Part shown: positions 26,387-36,100 of the stretch, piece after piece
Layout: each line of letters starts with the position of its first letter
Position numbering within the stretch: the first letter of the stretch is position 1
IMG/VR virus record: IMGVR_UViG_3300008117_000011
Span: 124,001 to 188,000 of that record
Length of the DNA stretch: 64,000 nt
Direction: 5' to 3' (one strand)
The notes under the pieces: generated by a model
What the model was told of the DNA's origin: nothing
The model's database searches: none
Seen by the model: the letters and a program-made list of their open reading frames with translations, nothing else
Program-made: the position numbers and the translations under genes

Positions 26387-27772
26387 TTATTTTTTGTTTT
26401 CTGATTCTCGTTGTTGTCTTTTCTCCAACAATTCTTTAACACGTTGTCTTTGTCTTTCTTCTTTCTGTTCCTCAATACCTAGGAATGTTGTTGTTGATTC
26501 AGTATCAATCTCAAGCATAGAATTGTCAAATTTACAATTTTCAAACACCACACCATCATCTCCAATACGAGATTTGGTAATTGCAATTGTGGCTAGTTTT
26601 AATTCTTTCTGCTGTAACGTTTTTGCTACAGAGATAATGACGTGTCCTACCTGTGCTTTTTTAATTGACCCACCCATCTGGTCTGTTGTCACGACTTCTG
26701 ATGATATTGATGCTCTGTTTCCTTGTGTCGCTGTCCATCCTACAATATTCATTTCGTGACACATAGCTTCAAAAGCTCTCATTACCGATCCTTCACTCTT
26801 CCATTCATCCCCCAGGTTTTTGTCCGGTACAACACAATCAATGTAATCCAAAACAATCATATCAATTTTAGTCCCATCTGCAACCATCTTTCTGATTTCA
26901 TTCTTAATCTGTAACATTGTTTTTGTGTCAGATGGTAACTTTTTTAATATTAATTCATTTGGCATTGTTGTTTTTACCTCTCTTACCTTGGTCATTACCT
27001 CATCTTTTCTTTCTGACAATTCGTCAGGATGGATTTTAGTCCAAAGTGTAAAGTGTTTCCTTTGAATGACTTTTGGATTGTCCTCAAAAAATACTTGAAG
27101 TACATTAAATCCTAGGTTAAATGCGTGGTTTGAAATCTTTGTTAGTAATGTTGATTTCCCGACACCGGTTGGGGCAAGTATTACACCTATCTCCCCTTTG
27201 GCAAGACCACCTTTTAGTAGTCGGTCAATACCTGGAATCCCCATTGGGATTGGATGTCTATAATCGTCCTCTAATACCTGCTCTAGGTCAGAAAACACAT
27301 CCATCATACTTGTATCCTTTGAACCAACAAGTAAGGCCTCTCTTACCATCTCTTCAAGGGTGTCGTAATTCTCAAATTCACCACCATCAATGATTTTTTG
27401 AGCTTTTGTCATAACCTTCTGTAATTCTTGTTGTTTACAGAACTTAAGAGCTTTCTCTTGCACAAAATCCGCTCCGTCTATGGATGCATCTTTAATTTTT
27501 TTAATTGTGTCAAAAACTACTTTAAGTGCTGTTTCCTGTTGAATCTCAGATTTTGTGACCTGTTCTAGGGTGTCAAATGAAGGTGTGTGATCATACTTCT
27601 TATAATACTCCCGAATCATCTGGATTATTATTTTAAAGTATTTGTTCTCAAAATAACTACCCTCAATAACGTCAATAATTGAGTGTGAAAAATCTTTGTC
27701 TACAATGATTTGGTTAAGTAATTGAATTTGAAAGTTGTTGCCGAGATATCCAAAATTTTTATTTGTCGCCAT
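26387..27772 (-). CDS. dnaB: Replicative DnaB/gp41-like helicase
   Basis: Walker A APTGVGKS, Walker B IVLDYID, ATQGNR, KSRIG. Confidence 0.92.
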   Translation of the reverse strand: MATNKNFGYLGNNFQIQLLNQIIVDKDFSHSIIDVIEGSYFENKYFKIIIQMIREYYKKYDHTPSFDTLEQVTKSEIQQETALKVVFDTIKKIKDASIDGADFVQEKALKFCKQQELQKVMTKAQKIIDGGEFENYDTLEEMVREALLVGSKDTSMMDVFSDLEQVLEDDYRHPIPMGIPGIDRLLKGGLAKGEIGVILAPTGVGKSTLLTKISNHAFNLGFNVLQVFFEDNPKVIQRKHFTLWTKIHPDELSERKDEVMTKVREVKTTMPNELILKKLPSDTKTMLQIKNEIRKMVADGTKIDMIVLDYIDCVVPDKNLGDEWKSEGSVMRAFEAMCHEMNIVGWTATQGNRASISSEVVTTDQMGGSIKKAQVGHVIISVAKTLQQKELKLATIAITKSRIGDDGVVFENCKFDNSMLEIDTESTTTFLGIEEQKEERQRQRVKELLEKRQQRESENKK

Positions 27773-27811
27773 AATTTTTTATTCCTTTAGTAAAGATAAA
27801 TACTACGTGGA

Positions 27812-28255
27812 TTAGATAAATTGTGGATAAAAATAATTAAAATTTTTCCCGGAAAAAATGTCAGTAAGTTCTCCAAGTATCCCTTTCAGCTTTGGACGTA
27901 GGTCTACAGTGTATCTGACTTTAGGTGGGTAAGGTTTTGCATCAAATGTTCTATGACAAATTGTCATATTTTCTACTTTAATGTAAAGGTTAAAACTTTC
28001 AGGATTATTCGTAATTGATGTGTTTAGTATCTCCGGATTCTCAGTAATTTCATACTGATTGTCCAACATATAAACAACTGATTTCATTTTCAAATCATAC
28101 TGAAGTTCATTACAAAATCTTTTAATGTAATCATAAAACTCCTCAGATTTGTGAGCTTTGTTATTAAAGCCTTTAACATTAAAAAATCTTTGTACTACAA
28201 TGTTGTCATTACACATTAGTAAAAACTCCACTTTAGTTGCTTCTTGTTCTTTCAT
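27812..28255 (-). CDS. Hypothetical protein in the replication operon
   Basis: 147-aa ORF with ATGA overlap with the exonuclease gene. Confidence 0.7.
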   Translation of the reverse strand: MKEQEATKVEFLLMCNDNIVVQRFFNVKGFNNKAHKSEEFYDYIKRFCNELQYDLKMKSVVYMLDNQYEITENPEILNTSITNNPESFNLYIKVENMTICHRTFDAKPYPPKVRYTVDLRPKLKGILGELTDIFSGKNFNYFYPQFI

Positions 28256-29277
28256 TTGTTTGTTTTTTTTGACTTGTTTCTAAAATTTGTTTTTTCTTTT
28301 CTTGATAACTTTAAAAATGGTTTTAAAAAATTAACCCAGGCTTCATCCCCTTTGGGTAAAAATTTAAAAAGTCCATCTTCCATCATCATTTTAATTAGGT
28401 TTCTATGTCCCCTTCCGTCTGGATCCAATGACTCTGAGTAGTATAACCTAACTAATTCTCTACCTTCTTCTGAAATTAGTGGGTTTGCAAGGTCCACTAT
28501 TTTTTCATTGATAACAAAGAATTCATCTCCAAATATCCCCTCTTTGGTTTTTCCGCTGAGTAGATTTTTTAAGGCAACATTTTCTTTTTGTTCTTTAAGT
28601 AGTGTCTCAGCCTTTGTTAAAATATCGGTATATTTTAATTCGGTATCAAGTATTTCCGGGAAAAACTTAACAAAAGTTTTTTCTCCTAAATAGAAAATCC
28701 CATCAATATTATCTGACATATCACCAGATACTATTTTAAATGTTTTAACATTATAATGTGGAATTTCAATATCGTACATTTTAATCATATCACCTAGTTT
28801 GTAATACTTTTTTTGTTGTGGTGAATAGATTGTTACTTTTTCTGAAATTAATTGTGTTAAATCCCGGTCAGATGAAAAAATTGTTTTTTCCTCATCCTCC
28901 GAGATTTGACAGTAGTAAGCAATTAAATCGTCAGCTTCAGATTGTTGAACTTCTAATTGTCTAACAAACATTTCCTCAAGATATTCCTTAACTCTTTGTT
29001 TTTGTTTTAGAAATGACTGTTCTTTAAAGTCTTCGTCTGTTTTTTGTTTACGATTTAGTTTGTATTTTGGGTATATAATTCTTCTTTGTGAAGATCCGGT
29101 TTCACTATCCCAACAAACAACAATTTTATTGTAATTGTTTTCTTCTAAAAATCTTCTTAAGGTGTTTAAAAAGTGCCAGATACCTCCAACATGCTCGCCT
29201 TTGTTAAAGAAGTCTCTGACACCAAAAAATCCTATTTTAAGAAGGTTGTTACCATCAACCAGTAAGGTCTTAGTCAT
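28252..29277 (-). CDS. 5'-3' exonuclease / flap endonuclease (T4 RNase H, PolI N-terminal type)
   Basis: LLVDGNNL, YPKYKLNR, EADDLIA, SSDRDLTQL, GDMSDNIDG...GEKT. Confidence 0.92.
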   Translation of the reverse strand: MTKTLLVDGNNLLKIGFFGVRDFFNKGEHVGGIWHFLNTLRRFLEENNYNKIVVCWDSETGSSQRRIIYPKYKLNRKQKTDEDFKEQSFLKQKQRVKEYLEEMFVRQLEVQQSEADDLIAYYCQISEDEEKTIFSSDRDLTQLISEKVTIYSPQQKKYYKLGDMIKMYDIEIPHYNVKTFKIVSGDMSDNIDGIFYLGEKTFVKFFPEILDTELKYTDILTKAETLLKEQKENVALKNLLSGKTKEGIFGDEFFVINEKIVDLANPLISEEGRELVRLYYSESLDPDGRGHRNLIKMMMEDGLFKFLPKGDEAWVNFLKPFLKLSRKEKTNFRNKSKKTNK

Positions 29278-30292
29278 TTAAAATTTCATTTACTGGGTTT
29301 GACAATACCGGTTCTTTTTCTGTTATATAGTCAGTTAAAAACTCACTAAAGATTGCTTTCATAACTGGAATACAAATTGAGTTTCCTGCTAATGCTACGT
29401 GTGCTGTGTTTGAAAGTGAGGTTGTTAACATTTTATCTATATCTTCTTCCTGGACACCCATAAATCTATAACCCTCTCTTGCTGTAATTGTTCTTATTCT
29501 ACCATCTCTTGTCATAATTTGTGGTGAACCACTTGTTGTTAAACAAGGGGAACAGGCTTCAATTGAGTATATTCTTCTAGCTTGATCATATTTAACATCA
29601 TCTCTTCTTGCAACAAGTTTACAAATAGAATTTACTTTAGGTGTGTTAGGTGTTGTTGGACAATTAATATATAATGAAGGGTCAACAGTGTCTTCAATGT
29701 ATGGTTCCATTGGGACTCTAGTTTTTTTATAGTTGTCAACATTTAACATTTTTTGTTTTACAACTTCTCTATCTTCATTAAGTACTGAAATCATAAAAAC
29801 CCTTTCTCTGTTTTGTGGACATCCAAAGTCTGCACCATTTAATAATCTCCAATATGATGTATATCCAAGACCTCGTAAAAAATAGATATGTTTTTTAAAA
29901 TTTTCGTAATGGTTTTTTGATACTAGGTTTTTAACATTTTCCATTAACAAATATTTTGGTCTATTTGCCGACAATAGTCTTTCAACATCAAATAATAATC
30001 CACTTCTTGTACCTTCTTTAATCCCTCTTTGAACACCGGAAATTGAAATGTCTTGACAAGGAAATGAATATGTTAATAAATCACACTCTGGAAAGGTATT
30101 CTCGTCAACCTTTGTAATGTCACCCAAGTTACCATTAAGTGTTGTGTGCAACGCGTCATAACACTCATTTGCTTGTTTAAAATTATCACAATTTGCAATT
30201 ACTTCGTGGTCTACACCAATATATTTAAGTGCAAGTTCTTGAGTTCCGTAACCGGAAAATAGAGATACAACTTTTAATTTATTCTTATTCAT
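29270..30292 (-). CDS. Orphan C5-cytosine DNA methyltransferase
   Basis: Motifs I (LFSGYG), IV (SFPCQ), VI (MENVKNL), VIII (QNRERVF) and X (AGNSI). Confidence 0.93.
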   Translation of the reverse strand: MNKNKLKVVSLFSGYGTQELALKYIGVDHEVIANCDNFKQANECYDALHTTLNGNLGDITKVDENTFPECDLLTYSFPCQDISISGVQRGIKEGTRSGLLFDVERLLSANRPKYLLMENVKNLVSKNHYENFKKHIYFLRGLGYTSYWRLLNGADFGCPQNRERVFMISVLNEDREVVKQKMLNVDNYKKTRVPMEPYIEDTVDPSLYINCPTTPNTPKVNSICKLVARRDDVKYDQARRIYSIEACSPCLTTSGSPQIMTRDGRIRTITAREGYRFMGVQEEDIDKMLTTSLSNTAHVALAGNSICIPVMKAIFSEFLTDYITEKEPVLSNPVNEILND

Positions 30293-31289
30293 ATACTTTT
30301 TCTTCTTTTAAATCAAATTCACCATCAGTTCCAATAATAGTTTTCCAATACTCGGCGTGTTCATTTTTGTATTTCTCAATTGATTGTTTTTCTTCTGTCG
30401 CGTCTTTACCCGGTAAAAATCCGTGTGGTGTCACAATAATTTTTCCATCCTCAAATCCAAGTCCATTAATGTGATTTTTCATAACAGATACTTTTGTTCT
30501 TGATGCGAATTTTACAGTTCTCTTATCTTTCGTCGCTGTAATTTTTGTTGTTCCAGCACCTTTTTGATTTCCAAATAAGAATACTAACGATGAGTTTAAC
30601 CAAATTGCTTCACCACCTTTTGCTTTGATTTTTGGTTGACCAAATGGATTATCCGGAAGTTCTACCCAAGGTTGGTTTACAATAATCAAAGTATTTTCAT
30701 ATTTTGATTCAGCTTTTCTTGATCCGGAAATTCTTTGATTAATACCCATACCAATCTTATCTGCAAGAACTGATGCGTTATGTTGTTTACCGCCTTTACC
30801 TTCATATGTCATTTTACAAGGTACTGACCCAACAGAATCCCACATAATACAAAGGGAATAGTCAAGTTCTCCTTTTTCTTGTGCGTCTAACAAATCGTTA
30901 ATATAATCTGTGATTTGTTCTATATAACTAAAGTTATTATTAAAAAGGAAAAAACCATCCCAAGCAAGTTCACCAGTTTCTTCATCAACAACTTCTTCAC
31001 ATTCAAAACCCATAAGTTTTGCGTGATCAAAAGACCATTTCTGTTCAGTAATGATATAAACAGGAAGAATTCCTTTTTTTTGTGCATCAACCGCTGTTTT
31101 AACGAGAGCTGTTGTTTTACCGGTGTCACTATGTCCTAAAAACATATTTAAATGTCCTATTGCCGGACCAGGAAGTCCTACTGCATCCAAAAATGAAGTT
31201 CCTAAATCAAAATACCTTTGTGGTTTATATTTTGCGTCTGAAGAGAATTTTTTCTTAATTGAGCTAAAGTCGTTTTTCTTAATTGCCAT
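30285..31289 (-). CDS. recA: RecA/UvsX-like recombinase
   Basis: Walker A GHSDTGKT, IMWDSVG, IIVNQ, KGGEA, KNH. Confidence 0.88.
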   Translation of the reverse strand: MAIKKNDFSSIKKKFSSDAKYKPQRYFDLGTSFLDAVGLPGPAIGHLNMFLGHSDTGKTTALVKTAVDAQKKGILPVYIITEQKWSFDHAKLMGFECEEVVDEETGELAWDGFFLFNNNFSYIEQITDYINDLLDAQEKGELDYSLCIMWDSVGSVPCKMTYEGKGGKQHNASVLADKIGMGINQRISGSRKAESKYENTLIIVNQPWVELPDNPFGQPKIKAKGGEAIWLNSSLVFLFGNQKGAGTTKITATKDKRTVKFASRTKVSVMKNHINGLGFEDGKIIVTPHGFLPGKDATEEKQSIEKYKNEHAEYWKTIIGTDGEFDLKEEKVYE

Positions 31290-31316
31290 ATTTTCTTTTT
31301 TAAAAAGATAAGAAAT

Positions 31317-31348
31317 TATGGGTATATTGTCTATGCAACATACCCATA
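31317..31348 (-). other. 13-bp stem hairpin between ssb and recA
   Basis: TATGGGTATGTTG-CATAGA-CAATATACCCATA (one G-U pair). Weak U tract, so attenuator/processing site or terminator. Confidence 0.65.
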
Positions 31349-32149
31349 TTTATAGTTACCACCAAAAGATTCTTCAGCTTCAGATGAATCACCGTAGACA
31401 TATTTACCAGCGTCAGAATCCCATTTAGGTGTTTCACCTCTGGCGATTGCCTCAAGATATTCTGTTGGTTTTTTAGAGTACACACCTTCCCAAGTAAGTT
31501 CATCATTAATCCATTCTTCCATAATGTCAGAATCTTCGTGAACCGGGGTTGGGTCGTCATACATAACAGTTTGGATTACTGTGTAAAAAGCACCTTTTGG
31601 TGTTTTTGCTTTTGTAAGTTCAAGAATCAAGTCACGACCTTTTTCTCCATCAGCCACATCACCTTTTGCTTTGTAGATAGGAATAATCTTATCAAAGATA
31701 CCCTCTTGTTTGTAGTTGTGTTTAAAACGCCAGAATTTTGGTCCGTCTTGTTCGTTGTCACGATCAATTACTTTTACAATATAAAATTTACGTGCTTTAT
31801 ATTGTTTTGCAAGTTCCTTATCGGAATCTTTACCAGTTGACATAAGTTCTTCATAAACCTCATTCAATGGAGATTTCTCATTGTCATTTTTTCCTGGATC
31901 GTAGAATTTTTGCCACTTACCATCAACTAGGATTTCGTGGAACCACACTTCTTTGAATGGGGAACTTCCGTCTGGTGTAGGAAGGATTCTGATTTTCTTT
32001 TGAGCCTGTTTCTCATTGTCTTTGAGAATTGCAGCAAAATACTTTTTCATTCTTTCTTCTTGAGACATTTTTGAAGTGGAAGAAGAACCACTTTGTTTTG
32101 AGCTTTCATACTGAGCCAAAACTGCATCTAAAACATTGTTTGTCGCCAT
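31331..32149 (-). CDS. gp32-like single-stranded DNA-binding protein; acidic C-terminal tail appears truncated
   Basis: IRILPTPDGSSPFKEVWFH, KFYIVKVIDRD...GPKFWRF and GRDLIL fit the gp32-like SSB pattern; first gene of the replication operon. Confidence 0.78.
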   Translation of the reverse strand: MATNNVLDAVLAQYESSKQSGSSSTSKMSQEERMKKYFAAILKDNEKQAQKKIRILPTPDGSSPFKEVWFHEILVDGKWQKFYDPGKNDNEKSPLNEVYEELMSTGKDSDKELAKQYKARKFYIVKVIDRDNEQDGPKFWRFKHNYKQEGIFDKIIPIYKAKGDVADGEKGRDLILELTKAKTPKGAFYTVIQTVMYDDPTPVHEDSDIMEEWINDELTWEGVYSKKPTEYLEAIARGETPKWDSDAGKYVYGDSSEAEESFGGNYKYGYVA

Positions 32150-32180
32150 ATATTTGTGTTATTAAAAGTTTACAAGTTAA

Positions 32181-32209
32181 AATATAAAATAAAAAATCGT
32201 CGCAGTCAA
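32181..32209 (-). promoter_or_regulatory. Sigma70-type promoter of the ssb-recA-MTase-exonuclease operon
   Basis: TTGACT (32209-32204), 17 nt, TATATT (32186-32181). Confidence 0.7.
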
Positions 32210-32226
32210 TAAGTCTTAAAAAATTT

Positions 32227-32252
32227 TGAGAAGGACACGAATGTCCTTCCCA
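32227..32252 (-). terminator. Hairpin with TTCG loop, probable terminator
   Basis: GGAAGGACA-TTCG-TGTCCTTCT just after the stop at 32256. Confidence 0.7.
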
Positions 32253-32255
32253 TAT

Positions 32256-32927
32256 TTACATCATTTCTTCGTCAGTTCCAAAATCATTAAATGTTGTTTT
32301 AATTTCTTCTGGTGAATATTCTTCAACATCATCTGTTGTTAAAACATATTCATTTTTTCCAGATTTTTCCATATCTTCTTGTTTATCCATAAAAAAATCT
32401 GATAGTTTTTGTTTGAATGGTCCAGAATCAAGACTTCTTAACTCAAGTTTTTCTTCTGGAGTTTTTGGTCTGTATTTATCAAACTTAGCTTCAAGATCAT
32501 TGATTTTTGATACTAGTTGGTCCATCTCACCTAATTTTGATTCTAAATTAGAAAGTTGTGAAAATAAATTATTAAAATATTCTTCTTGTTTGTCAGACAT
32601 TGTTTTTTGTGTATCAACAAGGTCTGTAATATCAATTTCTTCTTCACCACCCTCTTCCTCAGTCTCAACTTCTTCAACGTCAGTATCTGCTGCAACATCA
32701 ATTGGTGTTGGTCCTTCCGGTTCGGCCGGAGCTTCTGGTGCTGGTGGCATTCCAGCTTCTACACCTGGTTCTGCTGGTGGTATTTCACCTTCTGGAGCTG
32801 GTGGTAAATCAGCACCTAAATCACCAACTGGAGCTTCACCAGTAGGTGGTACCGGTTGTTCCATAATATAATTGTTGATTTCTTTATATCTTCTAATTTC
32901 TTCAAGTATTTGCTTGTCTATTCCCAT
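32256..32927 (-). CDS. Acidic Pro/Glu-rich coiled-coil protein, possible prohead core/scaffold-type protein
   Basis: N-terminal KQILEEIRRYKEINNYIMEQ, disordered PAPE/EEE tract, then heptad region. Confidence 0.55.
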   Translation of the reverse strand: MGIDKQILEEIRRYKEINNYIMEQPVPPTGEAPVGDLGADLPPAPEGEIPPAEPGVEAGMPPAPEAPAEPEGPTPIDVAADTDVEEVETEEEGGEEEIDITDLVDTQKTMSDKQEEYFNNLFSQLSNLESKLGEMDQLVSKINDLEAKFDKYRPKTPEEKLELRSLDSGPFKQKLSDFFMDKQEDMEKSGKNEYVLTTDDVEEYSPEEIKTTFNDFGTDEEMM

Positions 32928-32928
32928 C

Positions 32929-33153
32929 TTATCCGTTTAATAATGTTTTTATACCAGATTTAGTTTCAACCTGAATTTTTTTAAATTGTTTCATTGTATT
33001 ATCAACTCTTTCAATTAGACCATCTTTCATTCTAATTGTATAACAATCTCCAGTATCTAAATCACATACTTGTTTGGTGCCGTCACCATTATCTTTCTCA
33101 CTAACCCTAGTGTTTTTACCAAGATAATTATCTAATATAAGTTTTGTGCTCAT
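32929..33153 (-). CDS. Hypothetical small protein
   Basis: 74 aa, VCDLDTGDCY; TATTTAT at 33168-33174. Confidence 0.65.
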   Translation of the reverse strand: MSTKLILDNYLGKNTRVSEKDNGDGTKQVCDLDTGDCYTIRMKDGLIERVDNTMKQFKKIQVETKSGIKTLLNG

Positions 33154-33192
33154 AATTTCTTTTATTTATAAATATCATTAAGTTATAAAAAA

Positions 33193-36100
33193 TTATTGAT
33201 AACCCACACTACGTAAGTAATCAATAACATATTTTACTTTATTCTTTATTTTTTCTTTATCATCATCACTTAAGTCAGTATAAATTGTGGTTTCTATGTT
33301 TGATGGCCAAGTTGTAACATAAGCTCTTGATATACTATCTATTACTATATTTTTATCACTAGGATTTTCTCTAATATCTGGTGCTTTGTCTTTATATTTT
33401 GCAATAAAGAAATCAACAAAATTTTCAAAACTACTAAAAGAAACATAAGGAACGTTTATTATACTACCTCTTGATACGCAATAATAATTTGGTTTAAAAT
33501 ATGTATTTGCAGCACCCCCATAAGGATTAATATCCAATCTTACTGCGGCATAGTTATTATCGTAAGAAACAAATTTTTGACCTTTACCAGTTTCAATATA
33601 CATTGTTGACATTATGAAGTCTAATAACTTACCTTTGTTTGTAACACTCATTGATGTTGTTTGATTAATTCTAGTTGCAATAATTTGTGTTGCTTTATCA
33701 AAAGTTATTGTTGTTTCCTGTGGTGTTTGGTTTGTATATTGTGTAAATGATGTGTTTAATTTTTCTTGACAAGCTTGGTTTGCAGTAAGAACGGCTTGTG
33801 TTGTATTAATTTTATTAATAACATCAGATTTTAAGGCAAGTATTGTATTCGTGTCATTTATTACTTTTTCTTTTTCTTCAACTCTTTCTTTTAATGTTGT
33901 TAATATTTGTGTTGTTAAAGATTGTAATAATGTCTCAACAGCTGGAATGCTATAAAAAGGTTGTCTTTGACCTTCAATATAGGTATCAAAACCATTCCTA
34001 CTTATTCTATGTTTAACACTTGTTATCATATATGGGCCACTAAATAATGGAACATTTCTTAAATGGAAATACATCATAGGTTGGATAAGTGCGTTACCCA
34101 TCATATCAATTGAACATCTATAACTTCTGTTCCTATATACATTATATAATGAGACACTCTGTGTTGCTCCCCCTCTATTCCTATATTGATTAGCCATTTG
34201 AGTTAATAATTGTTCAGATTCGGCGGTTGGAAGTCCGGGATCTTGTGCAATGTCAAGTTGTTTAAATACTTGTTGGTTTTGAGGACCAAAATCAACTGTG
34301 AATCCAACAACTTTATTTGACTTATCCCAATTTGTTTTGTCTGTTTGATTTTCAAGAAGTGGATTTTCTGTTGCCCTTCTTAAATCAAAAGCATCGTCTC
34401 TATATCTATAATCAACATTTTCGTTCATTGCCAAATGTTGACTTGGGGCATAGGCGTATATTGAGACATACTTTGTTCTTGTATCTCTATAATCAACATT
34501 TAAAAATGTACCAAATAAACTATTTGCAAACTCAGTTGTTCCCTCCGGTTTTGGTGTTGGTGTTTTACTAGCATCTTGGACATTGTAGAAGTTAGCGTAA
34601 GCCGGCATTATAAAAGATTTAAATCTATTATCTACAAATATTTGTTCTATAACGCCCAGCATTCTATTGTTATAGTTCATAGATGATATCATATTTTGAA
34701 CTTTGAAAATATCAACAAATATTCTGTTTCCAACATCTCTACTTGCTCTATCTAATATTAATATATCCTCAAATAATGTTCTTGATTTTAAATCTGCACC
34801 AGAAATCCATTTATCATTAATTGATTTAAATGAGTCCCACATTTCATATCTTGTGACATCCCCATTATATTCTTTAAATTTAACACCCTCTGATTCCGCT
34901 GTAATTGTAATATTTGGTAATTTAGCTCTTGTCGTTGTAAGTGTTGAGTCAAGGATTATATTCAAATATGTTTCACCATTATTCAAATATGTTGTCATTA
35001 AATCCAAAAACTTACTTTGGTTCATTGTTGAGTCTTTTAACTTTTCTTTTGCGTATATTTTTATAATTGGTGATAAATTCTTAATGTTGTTTACACTAAA
35101 CTCAATATTAAAATCAACAAAAAAGTCTGTGATGTACGAACCATTATTGGTATAGACTAATCCTGTTATGTCTGAAAAACCAACATAGGTTTCTAGCGCT
35201 TTCCATTGATCTGGATATGCTGTTTTAGATTGTATTAATGTAACAGACCCACCATTTGTTGGTAGTGCGTTTGGTGTTTTTTGTTGATATCCTTCCCAAG
35301 TATATTTGTCAATGACTGGTAGATTTGAGAAACTATAAAAAGTTCTTCTGTCAAAATTTGATGGGTTACCATTTTTAAATACAACACTATAACCCATAAA
35401 CAAATCAAGGGTATTTTGTATTTTTGTTTTTTGATTATCTTTAAGTTTATCAATAAGTGCTGTTCCGGTAAGTCCGTCAACTTTTTCAATTTTAAACATT
35501 TCCCTCATTAATCCTTGGAAATTCTCATAGGTTAACTCAGTATTTTCGTCTGGATTTTTTGGTGAAAGATTACTTTCAAAGTTTGAGGCGTTTGAACTAA
35601 ATAATAAAAATTGTTCTTCAAACTTATCTAAAATATCCTTTGAGAAAGTAGTAAATAACTCACTTATATTAGTATATTCATTTGTCCCAAATAATCCAAA
35701 GTTTTGTTGTGTTTCACTATCCGAAAATACATCTCTTATGTATTGATCAGGATTTGGTTTAATTAATTTACTAACATCAAAATAACCATAATTTGGTGCT
35801 TGCCAGAATAATCTAACAGAACCATTATGAACCGCCGGATTATTAGGTACCGATAGTATTTTAGTATTTGTTAATGAAAAGCACTCACTTGAAGTTTGAT
35901 TGACATTGGACCCAAGCGAAGGCATCAAATAAATTGATTGATTATCTTGACTTAAAACATAACAATTCCAAGGTGTTACGTTAATAGCTGTAGTTGGGTT
36001 TGTAATATCGTAACCAAATGGTGCATTTATCACTGTTGGTGGTGATATTAACATTTTAAAGTTGGTGTTAATTGCATTTTGTATATTTTGGTTTGAAAAA

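Noticed and set aside
24506-27772. Inteins or group I introns in nrdJ/dnaB (also checked polB, recA, SNF2)
   Set aside because: Motifs are contiguous, lengths are ordinary, and there are no C...HN-C/S/T intein ends.
29270-30292. Complete restriction-modification system
   Set aside because: No adjacent endonuclease; the HNH and PD-(D/E)xK-like domains are distant and in unrelated contexts.
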